40,157 bases of DNA. Source: Patescibacteria group bacterium (GTDB lineage Bacteria; Patescibacteriota; Patescibacteriia; 2-01-FULL-39-33). Both the position numbers and the translations under genes were made by a program. The stretch covers positions 1-40,157 of the forward strand of contig JBAZMO010000002.1 of NCBI GenBank assembly GCA_041649655.1, in the 5' to 3' direction. Positions 27,737 to 35,296 of the stretch are shown piece after piece. Numbering within the stretch: position 1 is the first letter of the stretch; every line of letters begins with the position of its first letter. A model generated the notes under the pieces. That model worked only from the letters and a program-made list of their open reading frames with translations. It was not told the DNA's origin and searched no databases.

Positions 27737-28495
27737 ATGAAATCAATTGTCATTGCCAATTGGAAGATGAAATTGGGTTATCGCGACAGCCGCCGTTTGG
27801 CGGAGGAATTTGCCGATGCTTTCCAGCGCGAAAATTTTTCGGCCGTTGATTTGGCGGTCTGCCCTTCGGCCAGTTCTTTTTTGTTGGTGGCGGAAATATT
27901 GAAAGAGTCGGGGATCGCTTTGGGCGCGCAAGATATTTTTTGGGAGGACCAGGGCGCTTTCACCGGCTGCGAGTCGCCTAAATTTTTGCATGAAGCCGGC
28001 GGCCGTTATGCGATTATCGGCCATTCGGAGCGGCGGCAGTTTTTGGGCGAGACCGACGGGATGATTCATCAAAAAATCAAAGCGGCCTTGGCGGCTGGCT
28101 TGACGCCGATTTTGTGCGTCGGCGAAACGGCTGAAGAGCGGCGCAATTATCAGACCGATCAGGTGATTTTCAACCAGACACTGAAAGCGTTATCCGGCAT
28201 CGATTTGATTCCTTCTGAACAGCTTATTATCGCTTATGAACCGGTCTGGGTAATCGGGACCGGGCGGGCGATCGAGCCGGAGGAAGCCGAGCACGCTTTC
28301 CGGATTATCAATCAGGCCGTGATCGATTTGTGGCCCTTGACCATCAGGCGCAATAATGTCAGGATTATTTATGGCGGTTCGGTTGATGAAGCCAATGCCG
28401 CAAATTTTGCCCAAATTGAGCATTTTAAGGGTTTTTTGGTCGGCGGAGCGAGTGTGAAGACCGAGGAGTTTAAAAAAATTGTTGAATTGTTATAG
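27737..28495 (+). CDS. tpiA: triosephosphate isomerase
   Basis: IANWKM, IIGHSERR, AYEPVWVIGTG, YGGSV. Confidence 0.93.
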   Translation: MKSIVIANWKMKLGYRDSRRLAEEFADAFQRENFSAVDLAVCPSASSFLLVAEILKESGIALGAQDIFWEDQGAFTGCESPKFLHEAGGRYAIIGHSERRQFLGETDGMIHQKIKAALAAGLTPILCVGETAEERRNYQTDQVIFNQTLKALSGIDLIPSEQLIIAYEPVWVIGTGRAIEPEEAEHAFRIINQAVIDLWPLTIRRNNVRIIYGGSVDEANAANFAQIEHFKGFLVGGASVKTEEFKKIVELL

Positions 28496-28597
28496 TTAAC
28501 ATTTATAAGATAAAATTATATGAAAAAACAAGAGCATTGGGCCGGAAATTTTGATCAACATAATCAACAAGATCAACCTAAAGATGACGAATTAGAA

Positions 28598-28606
28598 GGG
28601 GGGGGG
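28598..28606 (+). repeat. G9 homopolymer at the 5' edge of the PRTase-like gene
   Basis: Nine consecutive G counted directly. The tract joins a 32-codon ATG-initiated ORF (28520-28618) to the main ORF, which is in a different frame. Confidence 0.9.
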
Positions 28607-28614
28607 CACGAAAA

Positions 28615-29367
28615 TTGAGTCGTAATGAAATTCAGAGATTTATTGATGAAAAATTGGATTTATTAAAAGTAGCCGAGGAATACAAAAGTGCCGATAGGGA
28701 AATAATGGGTGATTACGCAAAGGGATATGAGGAAAGCATGGTCGAGGATATTGCTTACTTAACAGTTGAACTTAAAGATAAGTTAGTGGATTATGGCGTA
28801 ATAATCAGTGATGACGCGAGTGCGAGGTTGCCATCTTTATTCTTTAGGCGGTTAATTAACAAAGAAAAGGATAAGAAAAAAATGAGTCATGTCGAAACTT
28901 ATTTTATTGCCAGCGGTCGTCATGATGTTGAAGATGTATATAGAGGTATTAAGGATTATTTAAAAGAAAAAGTAATCCCAAATCAACGAGTGTTATTGGT
29001 ATCTGAGTATATTGATACTGGCCGAAGTATTAATAGAATATGCAGAATATTGGATGAATTGGGGGTTGATTATGATTTAGCGGCGGTTTCGAGTGCCGAT
29101 CCCATTGATGATGGTGATAGTTACAGTCGTTATCCGGAAATGAAAAAACATTTAATATCCGGCGGTTGTAATTTGGGGGGCTTGCATTTTCATGATAATA
29201 GAGGTGGTGGCGTAAAAAAAGATGTTCATTATATGGGCAAACCAGTAAAAGATAAGATACATCCGAAAAGAATTACCAAAGGGGATGTTGATGACCAAAG
29301 AAGAATGAATGCTGTTAGAAAAAATATTAATGATTTGGCTGATAAATTATCGCCATTATTAGAATAA
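28615..29367 (+). CDS. phosphoribosyltransferase-fold protein (hypothetical)
   Basis: PRPP-loop-like RVLLVSEYIDTGRSI. AT-rich codon usage. TTG start as drawn; see the G9 finding. Confidence 0.55.
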   Translation: MSRNEIQRFIDEKLDLLKVAEEYKSADREIMGDYAKGYEESMVEDIAYLTVELKDKLVDYGVIISDDASARLPSLFFRRLINKEKDKKKMSHVETYFIASGRHDVEDVYRGIKDYLKEKVIPNQRVLLVSEYIDTGRSINRICRILDELGVDYDLAAVSSADPIDDGDSYSRYPEMKKHLISGGCNLGGLHFHDNRGGGVKKDVHYMGKPVKDKIHPKRITKGDVDDQRRMNAVRKNINDLADKLSPLLE

Positions 29368-29377
29368 AATCTAATTT

Positions 29378-30247
29378 ATGATCGTCCACATCAAATCAAT
29401 CCTCGCCCGCGCCGATAAAGGCGGCTTCGCTGTCGGCGCTTTCAACACTTCCAATCTGGAAGTGACCCTGGGCATTGTCCGGGCGGCCAAGAAAACAAAA
29501 ACTCCGGTGATCATCCAGATATCTGAAGCGACGATCCATTATGCCGGCCTAAAGAATATCGTTAGCTTGATAAAATCGATTGCCGAGACCGACGGCCGGG
29601 ATGTGCCAATCGCCATACATCTGGACCATGGCAAGGATTATGATTTAGTCAAGGCCTGCGTTTTAGGCGGCCTATCGTCCGTTCATTTGGACGCCTCCGC
29701 CTATGATTTTGAAAAGAATATCAAACTGACTAAGCGGGCGGCTGTTTTTGCCCATGAGCATGGCGTTTATGCCCAGGGCGAGTTGGGCAGTTTGCTGGGC
29801 AAGGAGGGACTGACTTTAAAAGAGCTGCCGGAAAACAGGACTGAATACATGACTGATCCGGCCAAGGTCAAGGAGTTCGTCCGCCGCGCCGGCATTGATA
29901 CTTTGGCGATTTCCGTCGGCGCCATGCACGGCTTTTTCCCGGGTCGAGAAAAAATCGACTTTCCGCGCCTGATCAAGATTCATCAGGCCTTGCCCAGGGT
30001 GCCGTTAGTGCTGCACGGAGCGTCCGGCTTGCCGGATAATCACGTCCGAAAAGCGGTCGGTTTGGGCGTTAAGGTGATCAATATCGATACTGATTTGAGG
30101 ATCGCTTTTACGGAGACGCTGAAGAAGACCATTAATGCCGCTTCATTGAAGTCGTATGATCCGCGGAAGATTTTGGCGCCGTCAATCGAGGCAGTGTCCA
30201 AGCAAACGGTAAAAATAATCGGCTTAACCGGCCGGCCGCTCAAATAA
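29378..30247 (+). CDS. fba: class II fructose-bisphosphate aldolase
   Basis: GAFN, HLDHG, VLHGASG motifs. 289 aa. Confidence 0.88.
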   Translation: MIVHIKSILARADKGGFAVGAFNTSNLEVTLGIVRAAKKTKTPVIIQISEATIHYAGLKNIVSLIKSIAETDGRDVPIAIHLDHGKDYDLVKACVLGGLSSVHLDASAYDFEKNIKLTKRAAVFAHEHGVYAQGELGSLLGKEGLTLKELPENRTEYMTDPAKVKEFVRRAGIDTLAISVGAMHGFFPGREKIDFPRLIKIHQALPRVPLVLHGASGLPDNHVRKAVGLGVKVINIDTDLRIAFTETLKKTINAASLKSYDPRKILAPSIEAVSKQTVKIIGLTGRPLK

Positions 30248-30249
30248 TT

Positions 30250-31119
30250 ATGTATTTTTTAATTTTTATCGGCGTTGTTTTCTTGGCCAGCTTGATTCTG
30301 TTAGCGCGGATAATTCTGCGCCATCTTTCCGAATTGAAGGTTTTGGACATCGAAGCTATCCCTCAGGAGAAGCGGGGTTTGAGCAAAAAAAATATTTTGG
30401 AGGCGAAATTTTTGCGTCGCAAGAAAACCGCTGATAAGAAAATCGGCCGGCTTATCAATCCGGTCCGGGGGTATTTCGGCGGCCTGTCAACCAAGCTACA
30501 AGACAGCATTTCCGCCATGGAGAAAAAGTATAAGCGCCAGGGCGAGGTGGCGGAGACCCGATTGAAAAGCATCAATGAATTGTTTGCCGCCGCCAAAGCT
30601 GATCTGGCCGGCGGAGATTATGCCGGCGCCGAGACCGATCTGATTGAAGTGATCGCGCGGGACAAGAAAAATCTGGAGGCCTATGAATTATTGTTCGATA
30701 CTTATCGTTTGAGCAAGAATTACAGCCAGGCCGAGGAAGTCATCAGATATCTGATCAAGCTTAAGTCGCTTAAATATCGCCGGGGCAAAAACACCGATTC
30801 TTTGAAAAAAGAGCGGCTTGAGGACAATGAGGTCGAAGTTTTAGAGACGGTTGACGCGGATGACGGCCTAGCCAAGTATTACAATGATTTAGCCGATGTC
30901 TATGAGTTGATGGATAAAAAGGATAAGGCCTTGGAGTCGTATCTTAAGGCCAATGCCATTCTGCCGAACAATCCTAAGTTTTTGGATAAAGTCATTGAGT
31001 TGGCTATCGTGGTCGGTGACAAGGGGCTGGCGAAAAAAACCTGCAATCGGCTGAAGGAAATCAACCCGGAAAATGCCAAATTGGGCCAGTTCCGGGAAAC
31101 GCTTGAAAAAATGCCGTAG
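30250..31119 (+). CDS. membrane-anchored TPR-repeat protein
   Basis: N-terminal TM plus TPR-like repeats (YAGAETDLIEVI..., LADVYELMDKKDKALESYLKANAILPNNP). Confidence 0.65.
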   Translation: MYFLIFIGVVFLASLILLARIILRHLSELKVLDIEAIPQEKRGLSKKNILEAKFLRRKKTADKKIGRLINPVRGYFGGLSTKLQDSISAMEKKYKRQGEVAETRLKSINELFAAAKADLAGGDYAGAETDLIEVIARDKKNLEAYELLFDTYRLSKNYSQAEEVIRYLIKLKSLKYRRGKNTDSLKKERLEDNEVEVLETVDADDGLAKYYNDLADVYELMDKKDKALESYLKANAILPNNPKFLDKVIELAIVVGDKGLAKKTCNRLKEINPENAKLGQFRETLEKMP

Positions 31120-31185
31120 TTGTGCTAGAATATTGAAAGTTCGTAAAGTTTATAAGGTTTGTAAAGTTTAGGATTTAATTGGGAT

Positions 31186-32907
31186 TTACTTTATAAACTT
31201 TTTAACTTTATAAACTTTTAACTGTTTTTGCCGTTGTAGCTCAGTTGGTAGAGCAACTCCATGGTAAGGAGTAGGTCTGCGGTTCGAATCCGCACAACGG
31301 CTCAAGATGGTAATTATACCGTCATGGGTCGGTACCAAAGCGGTCAAATGGGGGAGACTGTAAATCTCTTGGCTTCGCCTTCGAAGGTTCGAATCCTTCC
31401 CGGCCCACATCACGCAATTTGTCGCTTCGCCGGTGCTTCCAGCACCGGCGTTTGCATTTATTTTCGCCAATAAATCCCAAGGTTTTTTATATTCCATTTC
31501 CATTTTCCCCGCCGTCAAACGGCGGTTCAAACCGACGGCTTTCAAGAAAATTTTGATTTGCTCAAAATTTTCTCTGAGCGCCAGATTTTTGGCTTGGTTG
31601 GCTTCCAAAATCCAGTTCTTGACGAGTTCTAACCGATGATTCCCTTGCCGTTCAAAATTTGATATTTTCTCCTCCAAGTCCTTCTTTTCCAGCGTCAGCG
31701 GATTCTTAATTTCCTTGTATTCGCGGTGCTCAAATGTGCCATCAAGATAGCCGTCATTCAGCCGGGCTATTTTTTGTTTGAGCAAATTGTAGTCCGCTTT
31801 CAAATTTTGAACGGCAATGCCGGACTCGACGCGCGTTTCCTTTTCCCACTCGCTCACTTTCTCGAGGTATTTGTCGCGCCAATCGTCCGGCAAAGAAACT
31901 TTTTGGCAGTATTCTTTCATCTGCGCGGCCAGCCGGTCTTCCCGTAAAAAGCGGTTTTGTTTGCAGTCGTGGTTTTTGCTTTTGTGTGTGCAGTGGTAAT
32001 AGACGAATTTCAGGCCGGTGTGTTTGATATGCCGTTCGGCCGTAACGGAAAAGCCGCACTCGCCGCAAACAAGCAAATTCTTGAACAGAAAGCCGATATC
32101 AAACCGCTTTTTACGGGGCTTGCCGTTGTCGCGCAGAGCGATCTGGTTGAGATCAAAAAGTTTCTTGGAAATCATCGGCGGGTGGCTGCCTTCGTGCAGT
32201 TCGCCCCAATATCTGAAGTGGCCGTAATAGAATGGATTGGCGATCATCCTTTGCACAGTCGAAATCGCCAGCTGTTTGTGTTTGTTGATGCCAACCAAGC
32301 CAAGCGAAAACATTTTCTCCTTAATCTTGGAGAGCGTGTATTCGCCGCTGGAGAATTCCGTCAAAATCTGCTTCATCTTGGCAAAATTTTCGGGGTCGGG
32401 GATTATATTGTGGGTTTTTAGGTCATTGAGGTATCCTAAAGGCGCTTTTGACGGAAATTCTCCTCGACGCAGCTTTTGGCGTATGCCTCGCTGAATGTTT
32501 TCGCTTAAATTGTCGGTGTAGTACTTGGCCTGCCCGAAGGCCACAGAAAGCATGAATTTGCCCTGTGGCGTGGTTTCGAACCAGAAGGTGGGGAATTTTA
32601 GCGCTTGGACCTTTTCGCGGTCTACGAGGTAAATTATCCGTCCGCCGTCGATGCTGTTTCTAGCCAGCCGGTCGGGATTCCAAGCTAAAATTCCCTCGGC
32701 ATTGCCTTTTTCAATTTCTTCCACCATGAGATTGAATATCTCGCGGCCGGGCTCTTTGGCCGTTTTACTCTCATAGAACTCGCGTACGACGACTAGCCCG
32801 TTGTTTTTGGCGTATTCGCGCAATTCCGTGAGCTGGGCGTCGAGGGAGAGGACTTGCCGTTCTTCCTCCTCAGAGGATTTACGGCAGTAGATGAAATAAC
32901 GGATCAT
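31186..32907 (-). CDS. large serine recombinase (integrase); the last ~74 codons are read-through antisense to tRNA-Tyr/tRNA-Thr
   Basis: Resolvase catalytic N-terminus (YCRKSSEEEERQVLSLDAQ), recombinase domain, Zn ribbon (CGECG...YYHCTHKSKNHDC), coiled coil. Element-derived sequence ends at 31405. Confidence 0.88.
   Translation of the reverse strand: MIRYFIYCRKSSEEEERQVLSLDAQLTELREYAKNNGLVVVREFYESKTAKEPGREIFNLMVEEIEKGNAEGILAWNPDRLARNSIDGGRIIYLVDREKVQALKFPTFWFETTPQGKFMLSVAFGQAKYYTDNLSENIQRGIRQKLRRGEFPSKAPLGYLNDLKTHNIIPDPENFAKMKQILTEFSSGEYTLSKIKEKMFSLGLVGINKHKQLAISTVQRMIANPFYYGHFRYWGELHEGSHPPMISKKLFDLNQIALRDNGKPRKKRFDIGFLFKNLLVCGECGFSVTAERHIKHTGLKFVYYHCTHKSKNHDCKQNRFLREDRLAAQMKEYCQKVSLPDDWRDKYLEKVSEWEKETRVESGIAVQNLKADYNLLKQKIARLNDGYLDGTFEHREYKEIKNPLTLEKKDLEEKISNFERQGNHRLELVKNWILEANQAKNLALRENFEQIKIFLKAVGLNRRLTAGKMEMEYKKPWDLLAKINANAGAGSTGEATNCVMWAGKDSNLRRRSQEIYSLPHLTALVPTHDGIITILSRCADSNRRPTPYHGVALPTELQRQKQLKVYKVKKFIK
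31230..31302 (+). tRNA. tRNA-Thr (anticodon GGU)
   Basis: Cloverleaf: GCCGTTG/CAACGGC acceptor, GCTC-AGTTGGTA-GAGC, anticodon loop ATGGTAA, TGCGG-TTCGAAT-CCGCA. Confidence 0.88.
31326..31407 (+). tRNA. tRNA-Tyr (anticodon GUA), long variable arm
   Basis: GGGTCGG/CCGGCCC acceptor, anticodon loop CTGTAAA, long variable arm, GAAGG-TTCGAAT-CCTTC. Confidence 0.88.
31405..31543. repeat. IR1 left copy (integrase 3' coding end)
   Basis: 124 nt identical to the reverse complement of 33035-33158. After a 33-nt indel, a further 14-nt match follows. Confidence 0.9.
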
Positions 32908-32987
32908 ATGTTTAGAGGCTAAATTGAAAAAGGCAATGTCGCACTGACAATTTAGGAAATCTGACGCTTAGCCGCCCGTTAGGGCGA

Positions 32988-33158
32988 GAAAGCCGTCGGT
33001 TCCTGCCATTAATGGCAGTGCAAACTGCGTTTGCGAACCGCCGTTTGACGGCGGGGAAAATGGAAATGGAATATAAAAAACCTTGGGATTTATTGGCGAA
33101 AATAAATGCAAACGCCGGTGCTGGAAGCACCGGCGAAGCGACAAATTGCGTGATGTGG
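32988..33158. repeat. IR1 right copy (inverted)
   Basis: Reverse complement of 31405-31543. Carries a 33-nt insertion (cctgccattaatggcagtgcaaactgcgtttgc) made of two small palindromes. Confidence 0.9.
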
Positions 33159-33203
33159 TGCCTCTTAGACGAAGTTCGAACATTTTACGAAGAAAATCCA
33201 TGA
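32988..33203 (+). pseudogene. 3' fragment of a serine-recombinase gene retaining the native C-terminus and stop
   Basis: Encodes ...NRRLTAGKMEMEYKKPWDLLAKINANAGAGSTGEATNCVMW-CLLDEVRTFYEENP*. Upstream homology is out of frame after the 33-nt indel. Confidence 0.75.
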
Positions 33204-33377
33204 GGATTTTCTCAGAATTTTCGCCGGAGCGGATCGCGGGCAAAAATGACTGGGGGTTTGGGGGGGGGAAGGAATTTTGCCCGCCCGCTCCGGCGCATTT
33301 CCCGCCAGAATTCCAGCTCTTCGCCGAGGGCGAAGATTTTTTGTATTCGCCTTTGCAGAGGCGAATGCGCCGCCGCA
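33156..33377. repeat. IR2 left copy (integrase 3'UTR block)
   Basis: About 185 nt identical to the reverse complement of 37017-37203, except G9 versus C7. A variable hairpin follows, then conserved GCGCCGCCGCA. Confidence 0.9.
33319..33342 (+). terminator. intrinsic terminator inside IR2-L
   Basis: cttcgcc-gag-ggcgaag followed by ATTTTTTG. Confidence 0.7.
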
Positions 33378-33444
33378 GATTTTATGTGCGCTTGCCTCGC
33401 CCTCCCGTGCGCGCGCAAACTGCCCTCCCTATTATAATATCATA

Positions 33445-33463
33445 ATATCTAAATTTTAGATAT
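33445..33463. promoter_or_regulatory. 19-bp perfect palindrome, probable XRE operator
   Basis: ATATCTAAA-T-TTTAGATAT. Flanked by the 11-bp inverted repeat TATAATATCAT (33433) / ATGATATTATA (33482) and TATAAT-like boxes. Confidence 0.55.
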
Positions 33464-33491
33464 TTACATTCCGCATATACCATGATATTAT

Positions 33492-33710
33492 ATGAGCAAG
33501 ACCATTTGGACAAAAGAATATGCTGTATTTATTAAGAAATTGCGGCAAGCCCGGCACGATGCCGGCTTAAAACAGATCGATGTGGCTAAAAAGCTGAAGC
33601 GGCCGCAATCTTATATTTCCCGCGTTGAGTCGGGAGAATACCGCCTTGATATTATGGAGGTTAAGGCATTTGCGAAGCTGTATAAGAAGAATATTAATGA
33701 GTTGATTTAA
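33492..33710 (+). CDS. XRE-family helix-turn-helix regulator
   Basis: 72 aa with HTH_3 pattern LRQARHDAGLKQIDVAKKLKRPQSYISRVESGE. Confidence 0.85.
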   Translation: MSKTIWTKEYAVFIKKLRQARHDAGLKQIDVAKKLKRPQSYISRVESGEYRLDIMEVKAFAKLYKKNINELI

Positions 33711-33714
33711 GAAT

Positions 33715-34311
33715 ATGGATAAACAAGGGATATCGTCTTGGTTAAAAAATGCCTCAGAAAAATCTGAAACAGAAATAGGAACTTTTTTATTGGATGAAAT
33801 TAAAGAACAAAAATTAGATGAGTTGTGGCAAAAGCACTACTTTTTAGAGGATCTGAAAAGAATGTCACAAGATTATCCGAGCAATGTATTAGAAATATTA
33901 GAAAGATTAGAAAATAACATAAAGGATGAAGAAGGCGTCCCAATGTTTAAAAGACATATAGCTTATATTATAGATTGGCTTGTTTATAGTCTATTATTCG
34001 GCATAATTGTATCGGTAATTGATTCTATAAGTCCAGTAAGTAATGGCTTTGTCTTAATGATGTCGGTAATTATTTATTTCGGGTATTTTGTCTTGTGTAT
34101 TTACAAATATAATACCACTGTGGGATCTCATATTTTAAAAATTAATATTACGTTTAATAATATTAGTAATTTGGTTTGGAGCATACTCTTAAGAGAATTA
34201 TTATTCCTTACTGTATTTACTGGGATTGGGTTTATTGTTTATTTAATTATTGGGCCTTACTGGGATAGAGCTACTGGTGCAGAAGTAAAATGGGTTAATG
34301 GAAATATTTGA
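33715..34311 (+). CDS. membrane protein, RDD-like C-terminal domain
   Basis: Soluble ~85-aa N-terminus followed by 3 TM segments. KRHIAYIIDWLVYSLL ... TTVGSHILKINI resembles RDD family spacing. Confidence 0.5.
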   Translation: MDKQGISSWLKNASEKSETEIGTFLLDEIKEQKLDELWQKHYFLEDLKRMSQDYPSNVLEILERLENNIKDEEGVPMFKRHIAYIIDWLVYSLLFGIIVSVIDSISPVSNGFVLMMSVIIYFGYFVLCIYKYNTTVGSHILKINITFNNISNLVWSILLRELLFLTVFTGIGFIVYLIIGPYWDRATGAEVKWVNGNI

Positions 34312-34313
34312 AT

Positions 34314-34427
34314 ATGATACAATCTTATATTTCCCGCATTGAATCGGGGGAATACCGCCTTGATATTATAGAGATTAAGTCTTTTGAGAAGCAATGCAAC
34401 ATTAATATCAATGATTTAATTAAGTAA
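34314..34427 (+). pseudogene. truncated second copy of the XRE gene (C-terminal half only)
   Basis: MIQSYISRIESGEYRLDIIEIKSFEKQCNININDLIK* parallels residues 39-72 of the 33492 gene. The DNA-recognition N-terminal helices are missing. Confidence 0.7.
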
Positions 34428-34437
34428 TGCCTTTATT

Positions 34438-35070
34438 ATGAAAAAGGAAATTGATTGGGAATTACATGATATTGCTTCGAAAATTAACGCACAGGTAGTA
34501 ACCACCACTGCCGTTTTAAATGATACATGGAGAAACGAATTAATAACCTTGAATTTGCCCAATGAGGCATTAAATAAATTATGGTTAGAAACGGCATTCT
34601 TTGGCATATTTCTATTGCTGAAAAGATTTGCGACACCTCTTGGAGAAGAAAAAAATGAATTCGTGAATAATGCTGTTCGAGATGCCTTTCTTTTAGTTGT
34701 TCCGACTTGCGCCTTTGGGGATTCAAAAGGAGAGAATAATGGTTTAAAGGATTATATTGCATCAGATTATGATCGGACACTCGAATTGTATAAAAAATAT
34801 CAGGGCATTGATGTAAGAATGTTATTTCGCGATTTAGTGAAAGATGTTTTTAATTCTTCTGAGGGTTCTAAAATTAAATTCATTCATAATTCATTTGGAA
34901 ATCGGCTCAAGCTTAAAATTGCTTTTATTATTAGCGCATTAGCGGGAAATAAGGAATTTATTGAAGCACATTCAAATGAGGTTTATTTACCAATTGAAAA
35001 TTTAGTTGCTTTCGCAAATAGTGCTACACAAGCATTTGCAGGAATTAGCGATAACGATATTAACGACTAG
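34438..35070 (+). CDS. hypothetical protein (210 aa)
   Basis: Clean AT-rich ORF with one hydrophobic segment (LWLETAFFGIFLLL). No family recognised. Confidence 0.55.
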   Translation: MKKEIDWELHDIASKINAQVVTTTAVLNDTWRNELITLNLPNEALNKLWLETAFFGIFLLLKRFATPLGEEKNEFVNNAVRDAFLLVVPTCAFGDSKGENNGLKDYIASDYDRTLELYKKYQGIDVRMLFRDLVKDVFNSSEGSKIKFIHNSFGNRLKLKIAFIISALAGNKEFIEAHSNEVYLPIENLVAFANSATQAFAGISDNDIND

Positions 35071-35086
35071 CAATAAAGCTATCATT

Positions 35087-35296
35087 ATGGACACTCAATT
35101 TCAACAAAAAATTAATAATGTAAGAGATAATCCAAAAATAAAGAAAGCCATGGATGTGTTTGAGAATGCGCAAAAAAAGTACGATCAAGCAATTGATGCG
35201 ATGACTATTAAGCAACGAAATAAGTATAAAGGTAGCTATTCAAGTTCACTTTCAAAAAAAGACTATTATGCCAATATTTCAACGTCTACTCGCTGA
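35087..35296 (+). CDS. small hypothetical protein (69 aa, helical/Lys-rich)
   Basis: The ATG at 35087 lies within the ORF listed as 35006..35296. Overlaps the next gene by 29 nt. Confidence 0.4.
   Translation: MDTQFQQKINNVRDNPKIKKAMDVFENAQKKYDQAIDAMTIKQRNKYKGSYSSSLSKKDYYANISTSTR

Noticed and set aside
31433-31639. 68-aa ORF and its mirror at 32912-33130 (both starting MLPAPAFAFIFANKSQGF)
   Set aside because: They are antisense to the integrase 3' end and to its inverted copy. The identical N-termini are a by-product of IR1.
33083-33445. ORFs crossing the inverted repeats (33083-33445 +, 36941-37288 -, 32968-33243 -, 33212-33418 -, 36967-37194 +)
   Set aside because: The paired translations merely reflect the IR2 DNA duplication. 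The frame changes at the G9/C7 homopolymer. The sequences overlap hairpins, terminators and a promoter, and are Arg/Pro-rich nonsense.
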